Assembly: GCF_037042905.1 (NCBI RefSeq)
Contig: NC_087249.1
Span: 16,492,001-16,556,000, forward strand
DNA length: 64,000 nt
Origin: Lytechinus pictus
Taxonomy: Eukaryota
Direction of reading: 5' to 3'
In this document: piece after piece, positions 1 through 12,100 of the stretch
How positions within the stretch are numbered: position 1 is the first letter of the stretch
Layout: every line of letters begins with the position of its first letter
The notes under the pieces: model-generated
The model's input: only the letters and a program-made list of their open reading frames with translations
The model's database searches: none
What the model was told of the DNA's origin: nothing
Translations under genes and position numbers: made by a program

Positions 1-58
1 AACCATACCTGAAATCCAGATTTACAGAGATGGATTGAGAATATAATAATAAAATAAC

Positions 59-154
59 CTGTAAAGCTGCTCTGCTAACAAGAACCAGGACTTTTCCCTG
101 TCTCTCCTTCTCATTATCACCACATACACGCAACAGCTTGGCAAGACGAAGGAG
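59..154 (-). CDS. NBAS: NBAS exon 36 (last exon in window)
   Basis: LLRLAKLLRVCGDNEKERQGKVLVLVSRAALQ. Confidence 0.92.
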
Positions 155-3100
155 CTTAAATGCAAAATTAAATCAGAAGAACAAGAGAGTTTATACAGAG
201 AACATAGTTGTTATTAACAAGAATAGCACATAAAAACATTGTAGATTCAAACTTCAAGAAAGACACATCAAATATTACCAAAATTTAAACTATGACCAAG
301 TGGAAAGCCTAAAAGAGTGTTCTTTATTACAGTAATGACCATGACCATTTTCTAGTACATGTTAATGACATCATGTAAAATGAAAAGCATCACCTGTTCA
401 GCAACTATCAATGTCATTTTAACTCTTTATAAGCTCATCTGATTCTATGCCACATACATAATATCACTGTAATTTTTTTAGTAGCATGTGTAGGAAGTTT
501 GCATTGATTCTAGGCTCACAAATGAAACTACACTCATCCAAAATAGTAATAACTTTGTTTTCTTTGTTATTCAATGTATTCAATTTTTTTCAGTTTCTAC
601 TGATTAGATTGAGGAATTTCTAGAAGAATCTACCTTTTCTGAATTGGTGCAGGAAGATTTGGATGATGTTATCACCTTTTCAACCAATTCTAGTCTGTCT
701 TCACAAAGTCTCACTAGATAATATGGAGAAAATGATAGAAAACAAGATTTACCCAACAGCACATAAAACATATTTTTAAAACACATTTCACATTCTTTTT
801 ACAAAAGAATTAAAATATTCATTCATACTGTTAGAATTTTCTGCATGCTCAACAAAAAGTATTTTAAATGTAGGATATTAATGATGATGTTGTTGATGAT
901 GATGATGATGACGATTATGATCATGATGATGATAGTTACAATGATGATGGTGATGATGATGACCATGGTAATGATGATGAAGATGTTGATGATGATAATT
1001 ATTCTGACAAGATGTCTTTTAAGAAATAGGTTAGGGTTAGGCTAGAATAAGAGTTATTTTCAAACATATTTCTGCATATCGATACAGATTAGATTAGTTC
1101 TCTTCCGATTTAATTCATTACCTCCTATCTTGTGTAATACCCATTTTAAAGAACAAGGACCAAACTAGAAGTCAACAGGTAAAAAGCATGGCACCATTTC
1201 ATGAAGCTTGTCAGCACTGACAAATTGTCATCCTCTAAAAGCGTCCACAGTAACAGACAGAGCTCAGTGCATGTTAGCCAATTAAAACCAAGGATTTTAA
1301 TAATAATAATCATCTGGCTATTTAGAATGCGTGTAATACATGCATTGTACGTATCATAGTCCTACAGATTTATTATTACTCCGAAATCATTGGATTCAAT
1401 CAGCCAGTCTGTCACACAAAATATGCACATCTTCCACTCCCTGTGGAGCATTCAAGCCAGTCGCCATTGAGTCACACTCAATGCTGGACAAGCTACAAGG
1501 AAATTTACATCCTACTGGGTACCCATTTCGAACCTTGGTGGAGAGTGGCAAAGTGTGGATTAACTGCTTGCCAAAGACTGCCAAGCGATAGTAAGATACG
1601 AAAGCACAACCCTCTGATTACAAGACAAGAATCCGAACCACTACAGCTCGTCTTTTACCTAAATTTTCAGAGCTGACAATGCAGTCAGTGCTGACAACTC
1701 CTGTGATATCAAGAATAATCTCACTATTCAAGCTTCTCTCAATTTTTATAGTATTTTTGCTGACAACTCCTGTGAAACACCCCAGATTTCATTCTGTGGT
1801 CCTCAATACAGAACTTAATACCTTGTAGAGGAAGAATGGATGTTGAGAAATCATCTAGGAGAGCCAGTGATGTAATCAGGTCTAGCTCATCCTGGATCCT
1901 TGAAGGACAGTCTGTGATCAGCTGAAGACAAGACCTAGATCAAAATAAGGATATAGGAATCACTGATTGTATACACATGATAGCCTAGGATTAACACATT
2001 TAATAGGGATATGATAACTCAAGTTTTCATTAAATTCTAAATATGCGCTCTTGGTATCATATAGGGACAATAATGTGAGTAACACTTTTCAAAACTTTTC
2101 AAAAAGTTTCACCCAACGTTAAAATCTTACAAAAGGGTACAATCTGTTGAGTCTTGTTTCATCTACTGTTTCTTTTGAAAAAACTAGAGTTGGGAATTTG
2201 TTGATGTCTCGCATGTTCTCTTAGTAATGCTAATATTTTCTTGACCAGTGTTTGGATATTAGAAAGATACATACAAAACTTACATATGTATACATGTATT
2301 GTGAATTTTTAGCCCAAGTTATCTTGTTATAAGCAGAAAATAGAGAGAAGCATACGAAGTATTGGAAGAAATCATAAAAATATAATTGATTATCAAGTTT
2401 TCAAACTTCTGTTAAAAAACATCGGTTGCCGGATGCACCATGCATTGGGGATGGCTTTCTGTCCGCCCAATGATGTTGGGGAGCATTTCACATAATAAGT
2501 AGATTTCAAAAAGCTCAGTAAACTTGGTAATCATCATCTCTTTCTTACCTTGCTAGTTCCATGGTAGTATCCAGTAGATTGGCTGATGAATTGAAGTATT
2601 CCCTTGCAGCTGATAGGACTAGGTCTATGGATCTCTCGTATGGGATCAGAGAGGATGCCTTGACCGATGGTCTGGCCAGGGTAGAACTCTCCGGTCTGGT
2701 CTTGGTCAGTTTCTCCCCGGCGAGACGGATGTTGACGATGGATCCAGAACCAAGAAGGCTCTCAGTGAAGATCTTGAGACGAGATTGAAGAAAAAAATAA
2801 AGAACGGTTGTAGAGTGGCAAATCAAAAGGATGTTACAGATGACCCAGATTTTTCAGAACTATACATGACCAAAAACTGTTTACTACATGTATGAAGCTT
2901 GCAAATCAGAGGGCAAAAAGGAGAGCCATTCAAAAGTAAAATAAATTTATATAAGTAACCGGAGCATTTTGTTTCTTGTTGATTTCATTGGAGGAAAGAA
3001 TCTAAAATTTTGAAATTGTATGCATTAAAACACAAAATCTTCATTATTTCATAACAGATGTTGATAAAATTTTCAGTTTTTTCTCTTTTTTCTCAAATCA

Positions 3101-6100
3101 ATTTTTCCACGGGGGTACAGACTTGACCTCCAATGGAACAAACAGTAGTAGACCAAGTTCAAACCTTCATAACAAACAGATTTACAGACCACATTCAATT
3201 GTTACATACCTCTTGACACTGTGTAGCAGTCAAACACGTGTAGACGATGCGTCTCAGTTCTTGCATATCCTTCCCAAGCTTGTTCCATTCCCATTCCTTC
3301 TTTGGTGGTTTCCTGGATGGGGAAATGAGATGATTTTTATTTTTAAAATTATGCTGTGCTCACAGGAAACAAAACTGTGGGGTCATTGGTACAAGATTGT
3401 ACAGCAGCTAGCATATTGCATTATAGAAGAAAAAAACCTTCCTTCTGGATCCCATTGCAGAAGTTATCATGGTAACTTTGCCATCCAAAGAAACTTTTTA
3501 TCAGGGTGAACTTCACCTTTAAGTTCATACCAAAATGACGATGCACACAGGGCATTTGACACATAACTTACAGATGACTATGCAGTAACACTTGCCCAAT
3601 TTGCATCTGACCAATGAGAGGATTCACTGCACACTGCATGAAATTCGGGACTAATAAGAGGGAATTAATACTAAACAACTTTTTATACATGTATCACATT
3701 TACATGTAGGCCTACATCCTTGTATAGAGACAGGTAAATGAAGTGAAATAAACATAATATTTCCACAATTTTGTGTGTGTGTCTTCAGTCTAAATCCCTG
3801 TCTGCTATTAAGACCTGGGGAGGGTTTCATCAACATTTTTGTCCGACAACTTTACACAATTTTCATTGGCTGAGAAACATTGTTACTACGGTTACCCATC
3901 AGACAAAAGCAGAACTCACCCTCTAGCAGCCTGTCTAGCGAGTCTAACCATGAGTTTAGAAGCAGCATCTTCATCACTCTGGGTGTCTTTAACAACTTGA
4001 GTTGTCATGGCAACCCCATGGTTGGCGAGGATCTCTACAGCCTGTAGATGACCTTCAAGCTCCTCAAGGTCATGGTAGAGGGCTGAGAGGTCCTCCCCAA
4101 CAACTCTACAAAAGAACAAAATTAAAGTTGAATTATCTATACAAAGTTAAAGTATAGATGCTAATAATAATAACATAGCACCTATCACTGCCAAATCCAA
4201 CCCTATAGGCTCAATGCACCCCTATGCACTCAATTTCATCATATTATAATATACACAAATTGACACCATTACAGATTTATTTCAATACTTGAAAAGAAAC
4301 GCAAGTATGCATTTCAGAAATGTTATTAGGTAACATTTGTCATGACAGTTTGTAAAATCCCTCAATGTATATGTGCAACATCTAGGTCAGTATTTTTACC
4401 CCTGCACATCATCATCCAGGAGACTGCTACATGTATAGTGAGGGAAAATCATTGAAGAGGAAAATTAAGTTTCAAACAAAATTTGAATTTTATCTCAAAT
4501 AACTAGAATCTTTATCTGAAATATGGTAAGTCAATTATTCAGAAGTAGACAGACATCATTAAACTGTATACAAAAAATCATTTCAGAGATTTTGACCCCA
4601 AAAATTAAAGATTTACAGCAGTTAATGCAGTTAAATGGTTTCTCGCTCACCCTAAGCTTTGCTTTGGTAAAATCTTGAGGATCTTCCTGGCGACATCCAG
4701 CTGGTTATCTTTCTCACAAGCATAGATACATCGCTGAGCTAAAGACAAGAGATCACTCTTCTTTCTTATGATTGGCTCTGGAGACTAGGAACGAATGAAT
4801 ATTCAAAATAATTATGACTTCATTACAATAGAGTCCTTTTTCTCACAAACATAGATCTATAGTTGTAGATCAGTTCGTTAAATGGCCTCGAGGGCAGTCA
4901 AAACTGAATGAATCTAATCCCTATGAAAAAATGTTACCAATACCAAGCAAGATGACTGGTCAAGACAGTTTTAATAGATATCAAGAATAATCCCATAATT
5001 TCAAGCTTCTTTCAATTTTTATAGTATTTTTGCATAGCATTTTTAACATTATCTATCATCAATTATCTACATATCTATATCTATACCTTCATTGATGTAT
5101 ATATCATTCTTTTTTTTCTACCTTTCTTCCTCCCTTTCTAAAATAAATCTAATTGATTTAAGAAATAAGTAAACTTACTGTGTGTTTACTGTTTTCCAAA
5201 ATGAGTTGGCACTTGTATAGATCCTCCTACAATGTCAAATAAAAAAAAAATATGTGAAGGAAAGATGGCAAGGGATAAAAAGTTTATAAGAAATATAATG
5301 GAAGGGTGGAATTGCAAAGATATGTCAACTAGTATGTAGATGTATGTTTATATTTTAGATTTACTCATGTTTCTGTTCAACAAGTACAAGAAGTACTAAC
5401 CCTAATTACAATCATACTAACAAGTCTGTTTTATTATCTTTTATAATGCTCAAACAGATTGGTGTGTATTATCTGTTTTCTAAGATAATGATGCAGATAG
5501 TGATGTGGGGGCATCGTGGTCGAGTGGTTATGACTCTCATCTTTCAACCTGAGGGACGTGGGTTTGATTCCAAGCCGTGACGTGTTTTCATTCAGCAAGA
5601 AATTTTACCCACATTGTGCTACACTCAACCAGGGGGGGGGGGTGAATGGGCACCCAGTAGGAATTCATTGAATGCTTGAACCTGGGGTTATAATAGCAGT
5701 GGTTTGTATCCTCCGGATAAATTATTATTATCCATGTTATTTGATAACACATCCTCATTTTAAAGCCATGACCCGTCAATACAACTAGCCATTTAATTAA
5801 TCATTAGCAAGATTTCCTGCGAGGTAAACAAAGGAAAGGTCATGTGTTAGTTATACATGTATTTCAGACAATCGTTTAATTAGGATCTATATCATCAGTT
5901 TATAACGATAACATGCAGGCCCCGTCTCCAACTAGTTCAAGTATAATTCAAAACAAACTTTCTCTGACCTTTGCCAACGATAGCATGAACTGCTCTGTGA
6001 GGGATATTCTGGCTCCCGGTGAATCTTCTTCACACCTCTGCAGAAATGGAACCACCCACCGTTTCACATCCTTCACATACGTCTCGCAAGGCGACTGGCA

Positions 6101-9100
6101 TAGACAAACAAAATTCATCACTTTTATAGTACATTTTATGAAATGATGATAATGTAACAATCATAATGATGATGATAATTATGATAATACTGTGGTAATA
6201 ATAAAAGCAATGATGATAATGGTATTAATGACAATAATATTGAAATCAACATGATAAAATGGAAGCGCCGTGGTGTAGCGGTTCTGACTCTCGCCTTGTA
6301 ATCAGAGGGTCGTGTGTTCGAATCCCACCATGGCCTAGCGTCCTTTGGCAAGGCGTCAATCCACAATTTGCCACTCTCCACCCAGGTGTTAAATGGGTAC
6401 CCGGTAGGATGCAAAAGCCTATGAAGTATGCCTAGCAATTGAGTCTTGGAACTCTTGTTGGAATGCTCCCCAGGGAGTGGAGAAGGTGCATACATTGTAT
6501 GCGGGCATGCAAGGATCCGATGACCGGGGTAATGATATATCTGTAAAGCGCTTAGAGACGTCGTTCCGATGTGTTAAGCACTATATAAATGCGGAATATT
6601 ATTATCATTATTAAAATAACATTGATTATACTGATCAATGATAATTTTGAATTTATCAACAATATAAAAGCTTATATATATCAACTATGAACTATTAAAC
6701 GTGGTTACAACAGTTGCACCGTTAGTTAACCTGTACATGTAGTATTACCTTTGACACCATGAGCTTGATGATCTGATGATTGGTCAGTTTTTTCAAGGAA
6801 GCCAGGGTCAAGTCTGGGTCAGTCTGACACTCATAAGATAACACTTCCAAGGTCAAAAGGTCATGATGGAGACTCTCCAATTCCTATGAATAAATTATGA
6901 ATAAATATTTGAAAAGAAATTATTATTTAATGTTCCATAAAAAAAACATAAACAGGCTTATTCATCAATTGTACCATTTCAACTTTTCAAACCTTCATGT
7001 ACTATTGCAGTAAATTTGCTTCAAATCAGTGCCAATTGCAAGATTGCTATCAATGACTATACAATTTGGAATTAAATTCACATTGTTGTGTAAACAGGGC
7101 TTCGATAAGGAAAATTTAGTTCTCATTTGCGATGACAATTTCTTAAGCATATCAATTCCATATATTGTAGAATGTAAAAATTAAGTGTCAAAGAATCTTA
7201 CCGGTATATTTCTTTCCATGGCGAGTCTGACCAATGATAGAGCATTGTCAACCTACAAGTGAACACGACAAAACAAAATAAACATTTTTATAAACAGATG
7301 ATTTCACATGAGAAGTAACCCCAATAGAAGTTCACATGAGAAGTTACTCTAAGGGATGAACACTTCACATGAGAGGTTAAACCTAAAACTGACTGAACTA
7401 AGACTTTGACTTTACATATAGTTTCATCCATTTTGTTTTTAGTACTGCATTTCCATATAATTTGCTAATTCTTCTTGACAGAATGGATTTCTATCAACAT
7501 TTTTTCCAGCATCATATCTGTTGAGACAATTTTTCTATAATAAAGCAATTTCCTTGAGAGCCCTCTTCAACTGTCTCGACAAAATTCTTCTATTACTGAC
7601 AGTGGTTCAAAAGAATGTCTTAAAAAAAATGCCTTGCCTTCTTTGATCTTAATGCTTAACCCTTGCTCTTCCCCTACCCCTATTTACTTCTCCTTGCTCA
7701 CTAACAAAGTAAAAAAAATTCCATTCACCATCTGTCTGGATTCATTTTCAAGGACCATGGCTCTGTGTATCACCACCACCATTCAAATCTCCCAATATCC
7801 CTGCCCCCAACCCCCCCCCCCTCTTTTCTTCTCCTTTTCCATCAAAAAGTAAAATTATTTCTATTCACTATGCCTGTCTGGATTCATCTTCAATGAACAT
7901 TGTTTTGAGTATCACCATCTACTCTTTCTCTCCCCCTCCCCTACCCCTCTTTTCATCTCTTTGTCCACCAAAAAGTAAATTGTTTCTATTCACTATGTCT
8001 GTCTGGATTCATCTTCAATGAACATTGTTCTGAGTATCACCATCTACTCTTTCTCTCCCCCTCCCCTACCCCTCTTTACATCTCTTTGTCCACCAAAAAG
8101 TATATTTGTTTGTGTTAACAATACCGTCAATTGCTCTGTGTATCCCCACCTTCCCTTTCCCTTTTTCTCTCTTCCCCATCCCCCTTCCCCTACCCCTCTT
8201 TACTTCTCTTGTTATCCACCACAAAGTAAACTTGTTTTATTCACCATACCTGTCGGGATTCATCTTCAATGACCATTGCTCTGTGAATCACCCAATCAGT
8301 CAACAACTTTTTGGACATTGCCTCACATCTAAAATTTAAAATAAAATAAAAATAGCAATATTAGCAATGTAATCAATCATAATAGCCATGATGAGGGCAA
8401 TACCTTCAATGAACAAGTGGAACGCCTCTGGCAGTCTCGCCTGCATTACGCGATTTAATATCGCGTAATTGTCAATGGTGATTATCAATGGAACTTTCTC
8501 AGCACCTTTCGCTTTGAGCTGCGGAGTCCCCCAAGGTTCTGTTGTGGGCCCTCTCCTATTTCTTCTGTACACTGGTCCTCTTGCAAAAATTATCACTAGC
8601 CATCGGGGTGTGAGTTATGCCATGTATGCAGATGACACGCAAATCTACGTATCCATGGCATCCGACGGACCAGAAGACATATGCTGTTAATCTACTGAGT
8701 GACTGCCTCAAGGTCATCAAGGTCTGGTCAGCGAAGAACAGACTCCGTCTCAACGAAGCCAAATCAGAACTGGTACATCTTTCTTCGCAATTTAGAGCTA
8801 CGGAGCCTCTGCCAGACTTCAATATGGGAGAGGGCATACTTAAGATGTCTGACTCTGTCAAAGACCTTGGTGTCACTTTAGACAAGCACCTTACCCTCCA
8901 GCCACATATCAGGAACATCTGCAAATCAGCATCATGGGGTTTATTTAGGATTGGTAAGGTCAGGCGACTACTCGACCAAGCCTCTACTGAAAAACTCATT
9001 CATGCCTTCGTCTCATCCCATCTAGACTATTGCAACTCCCTCTTTGCCGGCCTCCCAATTTCTTCCATCTCTCCCCTCCAGCGAATCCTCAACACTGCAG

Positions 9101-12100
9101 CGAGAATGGTAACCTTGAGCAAGAAACACGAACACATCACCCCTATTCTCCGATCACTTCATTGGCTTCCGGTTCACTCTCGCATAACGTTCAAAATTCT
9201 ACTCATTGTATACAAAATTACCCATAATATGTCACCCAAATATCTCCAAGACCTTATTTCCCTTCGTTCTTCCTCTTCTGTCAGATCCTTACGTTCATCA
9301 TATTCCAATAATTTAATTCATGGCCCTCGCACTAAGACCCGATATGGTGATCGTGCATTTTCTGTAATTGCTCCCACCCTCTGGAATAAACTCCCAATTC
9401 ATATCCAAAATGCTCCCTCCGTAGAAATTTTCAAATCGTCACTTAAAGCTCACCTTTTCTCATAACTTAACTTTTTTTTTTTTATGCTGTATACTATTAT
9501 AATCTGCCAACCTGTGCGCTTTGAAACACCAGTATAAAGCGCCCTACAAATGTTATTATTATTATTATTATTATTATATAGCAGCAGTGCTAACTTTGAA
9601 AACTACTATTAAATAATCATTCACAAAAACACCATTCATATAATGACATAATACCACGTTCATTGACCATAAATGACATTTGAACGGTGACTTAAGACTT
9701 GTCAACTACACCCATGTCCACATTTCATTCACTCTATCCATAAACTTTCAAAGTTATGATGGCAATTCAACAATTACCCCAACATGGCCTAAGTTTATTG
9801 ACCTTAACTGACCTTTGACCTTGATTTTGTGACCTGAAACTCACAGGGGATGTTCAGTGATACTTGATTACTCTTATATCCCAAGTTGTATGAACTAGAT
9901 CCATAAACTTTCACCCACCCAATCAGTCAACAACTTTTTGGACATTGCCTCACATCTAAAATTTAAAATAAAATAAAAATAGCAATATTAGCAATGTAAT
10001 CAATCATAATAGCCATGATGAGGGCAATACCTTCAATGAACAAGTGGAACGCCTCTGGCAGTCTCGCCTGCATTACGCGATTTAATATAGCAGCAGTGCT
10101 AACTTTGAAAACTACTATTAAATAATCATTCACAAAAACACCATTCATATAATGACATAATACCACGTTCATTGACCATAAATGACATTTGAACGGTGAC
10201 TTAAGACTTGTCAACTACACCCATGTCCACATTTCATTCACTCTATCCATAAACTTTCAAAGTTATGATGGCAATTCAACAATTACCCCAACATGGCCTA
10301 AGTTTATTGACCTTAACTGACCTTTGACCTTGATTTTGTGACCTGAAACTCACAGGGGATGTTCAGTGATACTTGATTACTCTTATATCCCAAGTTGTAT
10401 GAACTAGATCCATAAACTTTCAGAGTTAGGATGGTAATTCAACAAATACCCCTAACACGGCCAAAGTTCATTGACCTTTAATGACCTTTGACCATGGTCA
10501 TGTGACCTGAAACTCGTACAGGATGCTCAGTGATACTTGATTACTCTTATGTCCAAGTTTTATGAACTAGATCCATAAACTTTAAGAGTTAGGATGGTAA
10601 TTTAACAAATATCCCCAACACGGCCAAAGTTCATTGACCTTAAATGACCATTGACCATGGTCATGTGACCTGAAACTCGCACATGATATTCAGTGGTACT
10701 TGATTAACTCAATGCCCAAGTTTCATGAACTAGATCCATAAATTTTCAAAGTTATGATGGTAATTCAACAAATACCCCCAACTTGGCCAAAGTTCATTGA
10801 CCCTAAATGACCTTTGACCTTGGTCACGTGACCTGAAACTCAGGCAGGATGTTCACTAATACTTGATTAACCTTATGTCCAAGTTTCATGAACTAGGTCC
10901 ATATACTTTCTAAGTTATGATGTAATTTCAAAAACTTAACCTTAGGTTAAGATTTGATGTTGACGCCGCCGCCGTCGCCGTCGGAAAAGCGGCGCCTATA
11001 GTCTCGCTCTGCTATGCAGGCGAGACAAAAACCATGACAGTCAAGAAAAGTCTTTCGCACCAGACATTAGCAAATTAAAAGCTGTTAGCTGTTATAATGA
11101 CTGACCACTTGAAATATTTAAGCTTTACACTTAATTTTCATCCATATCACCATTTTATAACAGTCATTAGTGATGGAACAATAATTTTTTGGGCAAAATC
11201 CCCGCAAAAATATCATATTTTAATGTCATAATTCATAAATTAAACTGAATACACCATGCTCAAAACTTTCAAAATTTTCAATGGGATCGTAACATTCTTT
11301 ACACCTGAATTTGCTCAGCTCTGGACTATCCTCATAGAGGAACGCCCCATAGTCTAGCTGGGTTGGGTTGATGACCCTCTGACAGTCTGGACCCTCACAC
11401 CAGTCCTGGTCCCTGTGTTGGTCCTGGTCCCAAGAGTAGACCTCTGGCTCCGACTCATAACTGAATGGGTAATAAGTAAATACACATTTAGATCATGGGT
11501 TTTAATAAGACTAGATGGCTTTCAGATGACACATCATTTGCTCCTGAGACAATAGCTCCGGGCTTAATTTCATCTTAAAGATGTAGGATCAGATTTGCAA
11601 TATGGTTCTTGGTTGGGGTTAGAGTTAAATCCAGGATTGAAGTAAGTCATTCGATTAATGCTTTGAATCTAGAGTGGAGCAGAATGTTGCTACAGCAAAT
11701 GTCATGGTATCAGAGTTTAAACTGCACAGCTACAAAATTCATGCCTCCACTATTGTTGGATCAAGAATCTATTACATACATTGTACCTTACTTCTATATT
11801 TTTTTCAAATAATGACTTATGTGACCTTTGACAAAATCTTAAGCTGTTGGAGACTGAATAATTTTGCTATAACACATGTTTTCCATAGACTCTAGTCCGC
11901 ATTTATGCGGGCTCAGTCTACAACAGATTAATAATAGATTGTCAATCATTTAAGCATACATGAATAAGTTTGAAGTTGAATCCTAAAAGTTATTGAAAGA
12001 ATGAGATAATATAAAGGTATGGTATATAATGACCTCTGTGACCTGTGACCTTTTACATCATGACTTCCAAATTTAATTGATAATTGTTCCTCCAATATGA

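Noticed and set aside
1-11. Possible NBAS exon 37 acceptor (TTTCAG|GTATGG on the minus strand)
   Set aside because: Would imply a ~50-nt intron, and the following codons do not match the expected NBAS sequence
845-1045. Poly-Met ORF
   Set aside because: Translation of a (GAT)n microsatellite in NBAS intron 34
6261-6335. tRNA gene candidates (also 5507, 14974, ~15266)
   Set aside because: A and B boxes are present, but the full-length copies run into SINE core and tail sequence and no convincing cloverleaf is seen; they are SINE heads
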